Positions 42,412 to 50,944 of a stretch of 64,000 nt of DNA are shown here, piece by piece; within the stretch, counting starts at the first letter, position 1; each line of letters starts with the position of its first letter. The DNA is from Myxococcaceae bacterium (GTDB lineage: Bacteria > Myxococcota > Myxococcia > Myxococcales > Myxococcaceae): contig JAXLYB010000002.1 in NCBI GenBank assembly GCA_046351675.1, positions 64,001 to 128,000 on the forward strand, read 5' to 3'. Both the position numbers and the translations under genes were made by a program. The notes beneath the pieces are model-generated. The model was not told the origin of the DNA. It ran no database searches and was given only the letters and a program-made list of their open reading frames with translations.

Positions 42412-43179
42412 TCAAGTCTCCAGCGCGTGCTTCGCCTTCCACAGCTCGGTGGGCTCCTCGAGCGCGCCCTTGAGCGCCTCTTCACCGCGCTGAGGCTCCA
42501 CCTTCACGGCCGGTCGAAGCCCCTCCGTGTGCCGCGCCTCCAGGAAGTCGATGAACTCACCGCGCACCTGCTCGAGCGCCAGCAGCAGCGCGTCGGCCTG
42601 CGCCGAGAGCCAGTTGAACGCCAACACCGCGGGAATCGCGACAACCAGGCCGAGCGCCGTCTCGTACAGCGCCTCCGAGATGCCCATCGACACCGCGCCG
42701 AGGCCGCCCGAGCCCTCCTTCGCGATGCCCTGGAACGCGGTGATGATGCCGAACACCGTGCCGAGCAGCCCGACGAACGGCGCGATGGAGCCGACCGACG
42801 CGATGATGCTCATGCCGCGCCGCACGTCGGCCGCGACCGCCTCGGTCTTGCGCAGCAATTCCCGGCGCGCCGCCTCGACTGGTGACAGCGACGTGGGCTT
42901 GCTCGACGCTGCGACGTACGTCTTCGCGCCCGCGCCGAGCAGCTGCGCGAGGTGACCGCGGCTCTCATCGGCCTTCTTCGCCAGGCCCGCGGTGTCGCCG
43001 CTCTCGAGCAACGCGCGCGCAGTCGCCGCGAACTTCCGCGACGCCGAACGCGAGCGCCAGAACGCGAAGAGCCGCTCGAAGAAGATGGCCAGCGACGCGA
43101 GCGCCATCGCGAGCAGCGTCGAGGCGACCGCGATGGCCGGCGCGCCCATGTGGTGGAAGATGTTGGTCAGCGTGTCCAT
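42412..43179 (-). CDS. exbB: ExbB/TolQ/MotA-family proton channel
   Basis: Three TM segments. The conserved region is GMSIIASVGSIAPFVGLLGTVFGIITAF...GISEALYETALGLVVAIPAV. Confidence 0.8.
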   Translation of the reverse strand: MDTLTNIFHHMGAPAIAVASTLLAMALASLAIFFERLFAFWRSRSASRKFAATARALLESGDTAGLAKKADESRGHLAQLLGAGAKTYVAASSKPTSLSPVEAARRELLRKTEAVAADVRRGMSIIASVGSIAPFVGLLGTVFGIITAFQGIAKEGSGGLGAVSMGISEALYETALGLVVAIPAVLAFNWLSAQADALLLALEQVRGEFIDFLEARHTEGLRPAVKVEPQRGEEALKGALEEPTELWKAKHALET

Positions 43180-43183
43180 GGCT

Positions 43184-44044
43184 TCACTCCCGCAGTGAGA
43201 AGGTGATGTTGACGATCTTGAAGACGGTGATGGGCGTGCCCTCGAGCGTCGCCGGCTCGTAGGTCCACGTGCGCACCACGGCGAGCGCGGCCGAGACGAA
43301 CGGCTCCTCGCCCTTGAGCACCTGGATGCGGCCGACCTTGCCGTCGCTCTCGACGACGATTTTCAGCACCACCTTCGCCTCCTGGCCGGTGGTGCGCGCG
43401 CTCTCGGGGTACTCGGGCTGCGCGTTCTCTTCGTTGGGCACCGGCGGGTCGGCGTCTTCCGGCAGGTTCACCGGGCCCTTCGTCTGCGCGCTCGCGATGA
43501 CCGGCGCGGCCGACTCGTCTTCGTCGCGCGGCGCGGGCGCAACGGGAGCCGCGTCGAGCTTGCCGTCACCGGTGCCACCGACCGCGACCGCGATGGCCTG
43601 CACCGCGGTGTCCGACTCCTTCGGCTTCTCCTTCGGCACTTCCTTCGGCGCGACCATCGCGGCGGGCGCAGGCGGCGGCGCTTCGACGGCGACGGGCGGC
43701 GGAGGCGGCGGCTTCACCTTCGGCTTGGGCGGCGGCGGCGGCTCGACCTTCACCGGCTCCGGCGGCGGAGGCGGCGGACGGAAGCTCACGTCGACCTGCT
43801 TTTCCTTCACCGCGCTCGCGGGCCGGTTCGCGATGGCCGCGACCACCACGCCGAAACCGCCGAGCGTCAGCGCCGCCGCGACGAACGCCACCACCAGCCG
43901 CTTGCGCAGCGCGCCGACGTCAGCCTGGGCGACCTCGAAACCCTGGAACACGCGGGCGGCTTGTAGAGACGACGCACGGCAGGCCGGTGAAGCGCTCGTT
44001 CCGAGTCGGTCACAAGCTCGTCGCGTCCCCGCAACAGCGCGCAC
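43184..44044 (-). CDS. tonB: TonB energy transducer (Pro-rich spacer, C-terminal TonB_C domain)
   Basis: The TM anchor is LVVAFVAAALTLGGFGVVVAAI. The Pro-rich tract is PPPPPPEPVKVEPPPPPKPKVKPPPPPP. The C-terminus is YPESARTTGQEAKVVLKIVVESDGKVGRIQVLKGEEPFVSAALAVVRTWTYEP. The exact start is uncertain. Confidence 0.75.
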   Translation of the reverse strand: MRAVAGTRRACDRLGTSASPACRASSLQAARVFQGFEVAQADVGALRKRLVVAFVAAALTLGGFGVVVAAIANRPASAVKEKQVDVSFRPPPPPPEPVKVEPPPPPKPKVKPPPPPPVAVEAPPPAPAAMVAPKEVPKEKPKESDTAVQAIAVAVGGTGDGKLDAAPVAPAPRDEDESAAPVIASAQTKGPVNLPEDADPPVPNEENAQPEYPESARTTGQEAKVVLKIVVESDGKVGRIQVLKGEEPFVSAALAVVRTWTYEPATLEGTPITVFKIVNITFSLRE

Positions 44045-44176
44045 CTGGAACTGAAATGAAACGGCGCGCCTCCCAGAGGGAAGCGCGCCGCTGAACGTCA
44101 GAAACGAAGTCGCTTCAGAACGACTTGGCGCAGAAGCCGCCCGACGTAGTCGCGCGCACCGCCCCGCCAGTCTCTC

Positions 44177-45652
44177 TCAGGGCCTGGGAATGGAAGCCTT
44201 CATGAGGGCCACGGCCCTGGACAGCTCGCCCTCGTTCAGGTGCCCAAACCCCAATCGCATGAAGGGAATGGCGGCGCCCGACGGCACGTAGGGGCGCCCG
44301 GTGAAGAAGCGCACGCCCTTCTTGAGCGCCCGCGCGGCCCACGCCTCGACGTCGACCTCATGCACGCGCGCCCACACCGCGAGGCCAGCGCGAGGCACTT
44401 CGAACTCCAGCACGTCGCCCAATTCGCGCCGCAGCGTTTGCACCAACACGTCACGCCGCGCGTGAAACGCCCGCTTCGCGCGGAGCGCATGACGCTGCAC
44501 CTCGCCGTCTTCCATCAGCTCCGCCACCGCGTTCTCGAGGCCGAGGTCGCCGACACGATCGACCTGGCCGCGCACCGCGAGCAGCGTCTCGAGCAGCGCC
44601 TTCGGAGCGGCGACGAAGCCCATGCGCAGGCCCGGCGCGACCGCCTTCGACAGCGTGCCCACCAGCACCACCACCCCGTGCGGATCGCTCGCGGCCATGG
44701 GAAAGACCGGCGCGCCCTCGAACTGGAACTCGTGGTCGTAGTCGGCCTCGAGCACCGCCAGCGAGTGCTTCGCCGCCAGCTCGAGCAGCCGCAGCCGCCG
44801 CCGCGCGCTCAGCGTCACGGTCGTCGGGTCGTGGCAGTGCGGCGTCACGTACAGCGCGCGCACCTTCGTCTTCTTCAGCGCGCGCTCGAGCGCGTCGACG
44901 TCGAGCCCTTCTCCGTCGACCGGAATCGGCAACAGCTTCGCGCCCATCAACGAGAACGCCTCGCGCGCCGAGGGGTAGCCCGGTGACTCCACCGCGACCA
45001 CGTCGCCAGGCTTCAGCAACGCGATGGACAGGAAGTGCAGCGCGAGCTGGCTGCCGCGCGTGATGAGCAGCTCGTCGACGCCCACCTGCACGCCGCGGCG
45101 CTCGGCGAGGTGACGCACCAACTGCTCGCGCAGCTTGAGGCTCCCCGCGGGGCTGCCGAACGCGAGCGCGCGCCCCGAGCCCAGCTTGAGCGAGCGCCGG
45201 TACGCCCGCGCCAACAGCACCGAGGGGAACAGCCGCGCGTCGGGCAGCCCACCGGTGAAGTCGAGCACCTCGCGCGACACCGCCTCGAAGCCGCGCGCCG
45301 AGTTGTGAAACGGCCGCAGCGCAAAGCCCGGCTCGCTCGCGCGCCGCGGCCGCGGAGCCTGCGCCTCGCCCAGCGGCAAGGTCGCCGTCACGCGCGTGTG
45401 CGAGCCGTGCACCGTCTCGAGCCAGCCCTGCGCGCGCAGCTCGTCGAAGGCCGCCACCACGGTGTTGCGGTGCACGCCCAGCTGCTCGGCCGCCGTGCGC
45501 GAGCCGGGCAACACCACGCCGCGCGGCAGCGCGCCCTCTCGAATCGCCTCGGCCAACCGCGCCGCCAACCGCTGCGCGAGCGGCAGGTGCCCCCGCGCGT
45601 CACGCAGCTTCTGGAGGCCGCCGAGCCCGGCGAGGCTGAAGGTGTCCCTCAC
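44177..45652 (-). CDS. MocR/PdxR-type transcriptional regulator (GntR HTH fused to aminotransferase class I/II domain)
   Basis: The N-terminal GntR-like HTH is LPGSRTAAEQLGVHRNTVVAAFDELRAQGW. The fold-type I aminotransferase domain has the PLP lysine region VVVLVGTLSKAVAPGLRMGFV. Confidence 0.75.
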   Translation of the reverse strand: MRDTFSLAGLGGLQKLRDARGHLPLAQRLAARLAEAIREGALPRGVVLPGSRTAAEQLGVHRNTVVAAFDELRAQGWLETVHGSHTRVTATLPLGEAQAPRPRRASEPGFALRPFHNSARGFEAVSREVLDFTGGLPDARLFPSVLLARAYRRSLKLGSGRALAFGSPAGSLKLREQLVRHLAERRGVQVGVDELLITRGSQLALHFLSIALLKPGDVVAVESPGYPSAREAFSLMGAKLLPIPVDGEGLDVDALERALKKTKVRALYVTPHCHDPTTVTLSARRRLRLLELAAKHSLAVLEADYDHEFQFEGAPVFPMAASDPHGVVVLVGTLSKAVAPGLRMGFVAAPKALLETLLAVRGQVDRVGDLGLENAVAELMEDGEVQRHALRAKRAFHARRDVLVQTLRRELGDVLEFEVPRAGLAVWARVHEVDVEAWAARALKKGVRFFTGRPYVPSGAAIPFMRLGFGHLNEGELSRAVALMKASIPRP

Positions 45653-45685
45653 GCGCCCCAGACTGGCACATGGGAATCAGCGAAA

Positions 45686-46090
45686 TCAGCTCAAACCCAG
45701 GGGCCAGGGCGTCGGTCGCAGGCCGGCCTGCCAGTTGTCGTGGCGCCCGTCCCAATAGGCGAAGGTGAACTCGCCGAGGTCGACGTCGTCGAGCGTGTTG
45801 ACGTTGATGCCCACGAAGGCGCCGCCGAGCTCGGGCAGCGTGCCGCGGGAAAAGCAGTGCACGCCGCAGCGGCTGCAGAAGTGCCGCTGGGCGATGTCGG
45901 GGTGGCGCGCGTAGCGGGCGAGCACCTCTTCGCCCTGCAGCAGGCGAAACCGCGGCGGCTGGGTGATGGCGCCGCTGACGCCGAGCTTGGTGCAGATGGT
46001 GCAGTTGCACCGCGTCGCCCGGCCCTCGAGCTGGAGTTCGACTTCGTAGCGGACTGCGCCGCAGTGACAGCTGCCGTGGTGGGTCTTCAT
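45686..46090 (-). CDS. GFA / CENP-V family protein (glutathione-dependent formaldehyde-activating-enzyme-like Zn-binding fold)
   Basis: MKTHHGSCHCGAVRYEV...CNCTIC...HFCSRCGVHCF gives the Cys pattern CxC...CxC...C..C that is typical of the family. Confidence 0.65.
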   Translation of the reverse strand: MKTHHGSCHCGAVRYEVELQLEGRATRCNCTICTKLGVSGAITQPPRFRLLQGEEVLARYARHPDIAQRHFCSRCGVHCFSRGTLPELGGAFVGINVNTLDDVDLGEFTFAYWDGRHDNWQAGLRPTPWPLGLS

Positions 46091-46126
46091 GGTGCGCGCA
46101 GCGTGCCGCCGGCTCGCGTCACAGGG

Positions 46127-46143
46127 TTGTCAGGTTTGTCAGG
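46127..46143. promoter_or_regulatory. tandem direct repeat TTGTCAGG-T-TTGTCAGG in the divergent promoter region between 46090 (-) and 46218 (+)
   Basis: Read directly: GGTTGTCAGGTTTGTCAGGGCG. It is a candidate regulator-binding site. Confidence 0.3.
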
Positions 46144-46217
46144 GCGCCAAAGTGGCACATCTGTTTTCGGCCAACCGGCCATCTTCTGCAGGTCCAGTTC
46201 AGGCGAGGGTGCGCCCC

Positions 46218-47204
46218 ATGAACGACCTCGCCCCCGTCCGCAGCGTCCGCTTCGCGCTCCTCGCCACCCTGCTCGCCTTCACCGCGTGCGGCCCCGACTT
46301 CGATTCCCAGGCGGCGCTCGACGAGGGCAGCGGCACCGACGTCGCCGAAGGTGAGTTGAAGACGCTGCCCAGCGAAGACCGCGCGACGACGCTCGACGTC
46401 GGCTCGTGGAACGTGGAGTGGTTCGGCTCGCCCGACGACGGCCCGCTCGACGACGCGCTCCAGCAGAAGAACGTCACGCTCGTGCTGCAGCAGCTCAAGC
46501 TCGACCTCGTCGGCCTGGTGGAAGTGGTCGACCCCGCCGCCTTCACGCGCGTGGTCGAACAGCTGCCCGGCTACGAGGGCCTGCTGGTGACCGACCCGCG
46601 CGTCACCGACGGCACGAAGTACTACTCGGCGCGCGAGCAGAAGGTGGCGCTGGTCTTCAAGAGCCGCTTCCACGTCGACTCGGCCCGCGTCGTCGTGCCC
46701 GAGGCCGCGTACAACTTCGGCGGCCGCCCCCCGATGGAGGTGACGCTCTCGTTCACCGAGAACGGCGCGCCGCGCACGCTGGTGGTGGTGGTCGCGCACT
46801 TCAAGGCGATGGCGAACTACGACGGGTGGAACCGCCGCACGCTCGCCTCGGCGTCGTACAAGGCGTGGCTCGACGCGACGTACGCCAGGCGCTGGGTGCT
46901 CACCATCGGCGACTGGAACGATGACCTCGACGTCTCGACGTACCAGCACCGCCTGAGCCCGTTCTCGAACTTCGTCGGCGACGCGACGCGCTACTCGTTC
47001 ACCACGCAGGCGCTCACCGCCTCGAACACCTCGACCACCGCGACGTTCGGCTCGACCATCGACCACCACATGGCCACCGCTGCGCTCGCGACGCGCTTCC
47101 AGGCCGGGAGCGCGAAGGTGGTGCGGCCCGACGTGGTGGTGCCGAACTACGCGCTCACCACGAGCGACCACTACCCCGTCGTGACTCGCTACGACCTGCG
47201 CTGA
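46218..47204 (+). CDS. endonuclease/exonuclease/phosphatase (EEP) family lipoprotein
   Basis: ATG 46218 gives MNDLAPVRSVRFALLATLLAFTACG with a lipobox. The EEP motifs are VGSWNVEWF near the N-terminus and the C-terminal SDHYPV. The ORF is open from 46089. Confidence 0.65.
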   Translation: MNDLAPVRSVRFALLATLLAFTACGPDFDSQAALDEGSGTDVAEGELKTLPSEDRATTLDVGSWNVEWFGSPDDGPLDDALQQKNVTLVLQQLKLDLVGLVEVVDPAAFTRVVEQLPGYEGLLVTDPRVTDGTKYYSAREQKVALVFKSRFHVDSARVVVPEAAYNFGGRPPMEVTLSFTENGAPRTLVVVVAHFKAMANYDGWNRRTLASASYKAWLDATYARRWVLTIGDWNDDLDVSTYQHRLSPFSNFVGDATRYSFTTQALTASNTSTTATFGSTIDHHMATAALATRFQAGSAKVVRPDVVVPNYALTTSDHYPVVTRYDLR

Positions 47205-47216
47205 CTTCGCTGCTGA

Positions 47217-47621
47217 TCAGCGCGAGGCGCCCTCGAGGAGCACCGCGCCGATGGAGAAGATGGCGTACGGCACCATGCCCGCCGCGGCCGCGTAGTCCTT
47301 CGCGATGCGCTGCCCGAAGAAGAGCGCCAGCACGTTGACCCCCGCGAGCGCCGCGCCGAAGAAGGCGAACGTCGAATCGCGGGTCAGCGCCACGGCCACG
47401 CAGCCCGCGGCCGAGATGACGCCAGCGAAGACCTCGAGCACCGTGATTTGAAACAGCATCAACGTGCTGAAGCGGCGCAGCGGCGTCTTGCTGAAGAAGC
47501 CGCCGATGTATTCCTTGTTCCCTTTCCAATCGAGGACCTTGTCCAGGCCCGACTGGAGGAAGAGGACGGCGAGGAAACCCGCGGCCAGGGTCTGCGCTAC
47601 CCACAGCGCCATGTCGTGCAT
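47217..47621 (-). CDS. DoxX-family membrane protein
   Basis: Start at MHDMALWVAQTLAAGFLAVLFLQSGLDKV (cat 47619..47621). There are 3-4 TM helices. The longer ORF to 48095 is antisense to 47662..48828. Confidence 0.65.
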   Translation of the reverse strand: MHDMALWVAQTLAAGFLAVLFLQSGLDKVLDWKGNKEYIGGFFSKTPLRRFSTLMLFQITVLEVFAGVISAAGCVAVALTRDSTFAFFGAALAGVNVLALFFGQRIAKDYAAAAGMVPYAIFSIGAVLLEGASR

Positions 47622-47661
47622 GACGCGCGACGTACCACATGCGCTACACAAGTCGCCGATG

Positions 47662-48828
47662 GAGAAGGACGACCTCCGCAAGCGGCTCGAGGGTGACGCC
47701 GAGGCGCTCGACCGCGCGGTGGTGCGCCTGCGGGCGCTGGTGCCGGCGCTCGGCGCGTGGACGTGGAAGGCGCGGGTGCGCGGCCTGGCCGACGTCGCGC
47801 GCGCCGTGGCCCGCAGCGAGCTGACCACGCGCAAGGCCATCGATCGCGCGCTGCGCCGCGCCCGCGCCGAGGCCTGGCCGCGCGGCGCGACCCGCTCGCT
47901 CGTCGAAGACGCCGCGTCACTGTTCGAGTCGCTCGACGCGCAGCTCGAGCGGCACGGCTTCGCGACGCTCGACGACCTGGTGCTCGCGGTGGTGGGCCAG
48001 CGACGCGCCGTGGGGCTCGCCGAGCGCGAGTCGGCCGCGGCCGAGGTGCTCGACCCGGAAGATCCGCTCGTCGCGCGCCTCTCGCGCTTCACCACCGCCG
48101 TCGCCCCGCTCTACGGGCGCCCCCGCGACGCGCGCGCGCTGCCGCTCTCGCGCACCGAGCACGCGGCGCTCACCGACGCGTGGACCGACGGGCTCCTCGC
48201 GCTCACCGAAGCCTGGCGGCGCGTCGACGGGCTCGACGAGAGCGGCGGCGTCACCCGCTGGCTCCAACGGCGCGCGGGCGTCGCGCCGAAGTCGACCCGC
48301 ACGCTGCGCACCGGCCCCGGCGCGCTCGCCGGCGCGGAGTACTGGAAGCACCACGCGCTCGCCGCGCAGGCCTTCGCGGTCGAGACGCACTTCGCCCCGG
48401 TGAAGGTGGCGGAACCCGAGCGCGCCGCGTGCTTCGAGTTCCTGCTGCGGCGGCACGATGACGGCTCGGCGCGGCTCGACCTCGACCCGCAGCCCGCCAG
48501 CCCCCCCTCGAAGCGCACCACCGCGGGCCGCGCGCGCACCGACAGCCCGCAGGAAGAGCGCGCCCGCGCGGCGTTGCTGATGCTCGCACACGAGCTGCGC
48601 GGCGGCGCGCCCGGGCGGGCCGCGCTCGAGGGCGGCGTGCGCCAGGTCGCGCAGTGGGCGAGCACCGCCGACGCGCTGCAGGGCGAGCCCGACTGGACCT
48701 CGCTGCGCGACGCCCTGCGCCTCGTCACCGCGCGCAGCTTCCAGCGTTCCCTTCCGCCCCTCGCCCAGAAAGGCGGGCCGCGGCGCCCGCTGGAGCAGAA
48801 GCTCGCCGACTTCTTCCCGGGTTCGTGA
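47662..48828 (+). CDS. hypothetical protein (Arg/Ala-rich, no recognisable domain)
   Basis: It has GC3-rich coding character. The start is uncertain, because in-frame ATGs at 47611, 47620 and 47662 are all possible. I chose 47662 to avoid overlap with the divergent DoxX start. Confidence 0.4.
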   Translation, partial: EKDDLRKRLEGDAEALDRAVVRLRALVPALGAWTWKARVRGLADVARAVARSELTTRKAIDRALRRARAEAWPRGATRSLVEDAASLFESLDAQLERHGFATLDDLVLAVVGQRRAVGLAERESAAAEVLDPEDPLVARLSRFTTAVAPLYGRPRDARALPLSRTEHAALTDAWTDGLLALTEAWRRVDGLDESGGVTRWLQRRAGVAPKSTRTLRTGPGALAGAEYWKHHALAAQAFAVETHFAPVKVAEPERAACFEFLLRRHDDGSARLDLDPQPASPPSKRTTAGRARTDSPQEERARAALLMLAHELRGGAPGRAALEGGVRQVAQWASTADALQGEPDWTSLRDALRLVTARSFQRSLPPLAQKGGPRRPLEQKLADFFPGS

Positions 48829-48840
48829 GAGAGAGGCGTC

Positions 48841-49404
48841 ATGAAGCACCTCGCCCTCGTCGTGATGCTCGTTTCCGCCGCCGCGCTCGGCGCGCCGAAG
48901 AAGAAGGGCCCTCCGCCGCCGCCTCCTCCGGTCACCGAGCCGACGCTCAAGGTCACCGAGGCCCTGGGCGACACCGTGCTCGGCTTCGTCATCAACGCGT
49001 CGAAGGTGCAGGCGTGGCGCGTCGCTGACTCCGGCGGGCTGCGCCCCGAGGCGAGCAAGGCCATCGGGTCCGACTTCGTGCGCGGCGCGGCGGGCAGCGA
49101 GCTCGACGCGAAGGCCCTCGAGGCGCTGCGCAGCGTGCTCTACGACGACAAGAGCTACCGCTTCGAGGCCGACGTCTCGAAGTGCCGCTTCGTGCCGCAC
49201 CTCTCGTTCCAGCTGCAGGTCGGGCTCGACACGCTCGAGGCGCTGGTCAGCTTCTCGTGCAACGAGGTGCTCTTCTACGTGGGCAAGCAGGGCGGCCGCT
49301 GGGTGCCGCAGGGCACGTTCGACGTGAAGCCGGCGCGCAAGAAGCTGCTCGAGCTCGCGAAGGCGACGCTGCCGCAAGACAAGGAAACGCAGAACCTGAA
49401 GTGA
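48841..49404 (+). CDS. hypothetical secreted protein
   Basis: Signal peptide MKHLALVVMLVSAAALGAP, then KKKGPPPPPPPV. 187 aa. It lies 12 nt downstream of the previous gene. Confidence 0.55.
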   Translation: MKHLALVVMLVSAAALGAPKKKGPPPPPPPVTEPTLKVTEALGDTVLGFVINASKVQAWRVADSGGLRPEASKAIGSDFVRGAAGSELDAKALEALRSVLYDDKSYRFEADVSKCRFVPHLSFQLQVGLDTLEALVSFSCNEVLFYVGKQGGRWVPQGTFDVKPARKKLLELAKATLPQDKETQNLK

Positions 49405-49494
49405 CGCCCCAGCAGGAGACCGCTGGAAACACCAGCGCCCCGACCTCCGTGCTGGAGATCGAGGCGCTCATGCACCGCAGAAAAGAAGCAGGGG

Positions 49495-50016
49495 TTACAG
49501 CTCGCGGCTCATCAGCAGCCGCAGCTTCCCGCTCTTCTTCGACACCACGGTGGCGACCGTGGTGAAGCCGGCCTTGCGGTAGAACGACACGGCGGGCCCG
49601 TTCGCAGGGTCCACGCGCAGCGCGAGCGTCTTGCGGTTCATGTCGCGCGCCATCGACAAGCCTTGATCGAGCAACACGTGGCCGAGCCCCTTCTGGCGGA
49701 ACTCGGGCTTCACCACGATGTTGCGCAGGTACGCGGCGCCGGGCACCGGGCCATCACGCTCGATGGTGACGTAGCCCGCCAGCCCGCCGGAGTACTTGCC
49801 GACCGAGATGAAGGGACGCAGCTTGGTGAGCGCCTCGAGGCTCTCGGCCTGGGTCTCGCCGCGCGACTTCCACGGGTCGGAACCCGAGCGCAGGTTCGCG
49901 AGCGCGTTCATGTCTTCGTCGGTGGGCGCGGCGAACTTCACCTGCTTCCAATCGGTGGTGACCGGCATGGGGGGTGCCGCAGATGTTGCGCCACCGTCCA
50001 GCTGCTTTTCAGTCAT
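49495..50016 (-). CDS. GNAT-family N-acetyltransferase
   Basis: The acetyl-CoA-binding motif is RNIVVKPEFRQKGLGHVLLDQGLSMA, followed by the C-terminal VSFYRKAGF. Confidence 0.7.
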   Translation of the reverse strand: MTEKQLDGGATSAAPPMPVTTDWKQVKFAAPTDEDMNALANLRSGSDPWKSRGETQAESLEALTKLRPFISVGKYSGGLAGYVTIERDGPVPGAAYLRNIVVKPEFRQKGLGHVLLDQGLSMARDMNRKTLALRVDPANGPAVSFYRKAGFTTVATVVSKKSGKLRLLMSREL

Positions 50017-50222
50017 CGCCTCTCCTCCGGGTTGCTGCTCGGCCTCAAGTGGTGATCCTAACCACCAATGTCAACGCGGTGCACGAGGAGACATTTCAAA
50101 CCTGACAGACCGGTGTAGGCCCAGCGGCCACAACCGCCCCACGTGAGCCCCGGGGCGGATCAGCACGAGTGTCGGGCGTTTTCGGGTGCGGTGGCGCTGC
50201 ATTCGCCGCAAACTCCCGAGAC

Positions 50223-50930
50223 GTGCAACTGAATCACGCGCAGCGCGAGCTCACGGTCAAGATCGTCTATTACGGGCCTGGTCTGTCGGGGAAGACGACC
50301 AACCTGCAGATGATCCACCAGCGCACCAGCCCCGAGGTGCGCGGGCGGCTGCTGACCGTCGAGACCCACGACGACCGCACGCTCTTCTTCGACCTGCTGC
50401 CGGTGTTCTTCAGCACCGCCAACGGCTTCAAGGTGAAGGTGAAGCTCTTCACGGTGCCGGGCCAGGTGATTCACAACGCCACGCGCCGCATCGTGCTGCA
50501 GGGCGCCGACGGCGTGGCCTTCATCGCCGACAGCCGCCGCGCCGCCGCGCAGGAGAACAACGCGTACTGGAAGAACCTGCAGGAGAACATGCGGGAGAAC
50601 AACCTCGACCCCGCGCAGGTGCCGATCGTCATCCAGTACAACAAGCGCGATCTCCCCGACACGAAGACCGACGCGGAGATCGAAGAGACGAAGAAGAAGG
50701 GCAAGGAACCGGTCGTCGGCGCCATCGCGATTCGCGGCGTCGGCGTGCTCGAGACGCTCTTCGCGGTGCTGCAGACCGCCTACCGCTCGCTCGAAGCGCG
50801 CGCGGGCCTGAGCAAGGCCATCGGCCTGACCGAGCGCGAGTTCCTCACCCAGGTGTTCGCCAACATCGACGTCGCCGGCACCGAGCTCGAGAAGGTGTTG
50901 CCTCCGCGCGCCCCGGGGGCCCGCCCGTGA
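50223..50930 (+). CDS. MglA-family Ras-like small GTPase with ~40 aa C-terminal extension
   Basis: KIVYYGPGLSGKTTNL is the MglA-type P-loop (MglA has KIVYYGPGLCGKTTNL). LFTVPGQV corresponds to the MglA Gln82 region, and the G4 motif is IQYNKRDL. GTG 50223 gives 12 residues before KIVYYGPG, the same as MglA. The ORF is open from GTG 50169. Confidence 0.7.
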   Translation: MQLNHAQRELTVKIVYYGPGLSGKTTNLQMIHQRTSPEVRGRLLTVETHDDRTLFFDLLPVFFSTANGFKVKVKLFTVPGQVIHNATRRIVLQGADGVAFIADSRRAAAQENNAYWKNLQENMRENNLDPAQVPIVIQYNKRDLPDTKTDAEIEETKKKGKEPVVGAIAIRGVGVLETLFAVLQTAYRSLEARAGLSKAIGLTEREFLTQVFANIDVAGTELEKVLPPRAPGARP

Positions 50931-50944
50931 GACAGGGTGAGTCG

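Noticed and set aside
44045-44176. Hairpins between the MocR stop and the TonB start (GGCGCGCCTCCCAGAGGGAAGCGCGCC)
   Set aside because: They are probably an ordinary terminator for the MocR-GFA operon together with the tonB promoter region. They have no distinctive features beyond GC-rich stems, so they are not reported as a feature.
47917-49377. 486-aa minus ORF, and other long GC-rich ORFs (308..1237+, 16866..18464-, 50780..52594-, 54773-region minus ORFs)
   Set aside because: All are antisense to or frame-shifted against genes with clear domain evidence, and have the characteristic R/A/G/P-rich composition of non-coding frames in high-GC DNA.
50186-50944. 5' part of the 738-aa ORF 50186..52402
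   Set aside because: It overlaps the MglA-like gene in a different frame and is Arg/Pro-rich nonsense. The histidine kinase begins at GTG 50945 or ATG 50975.
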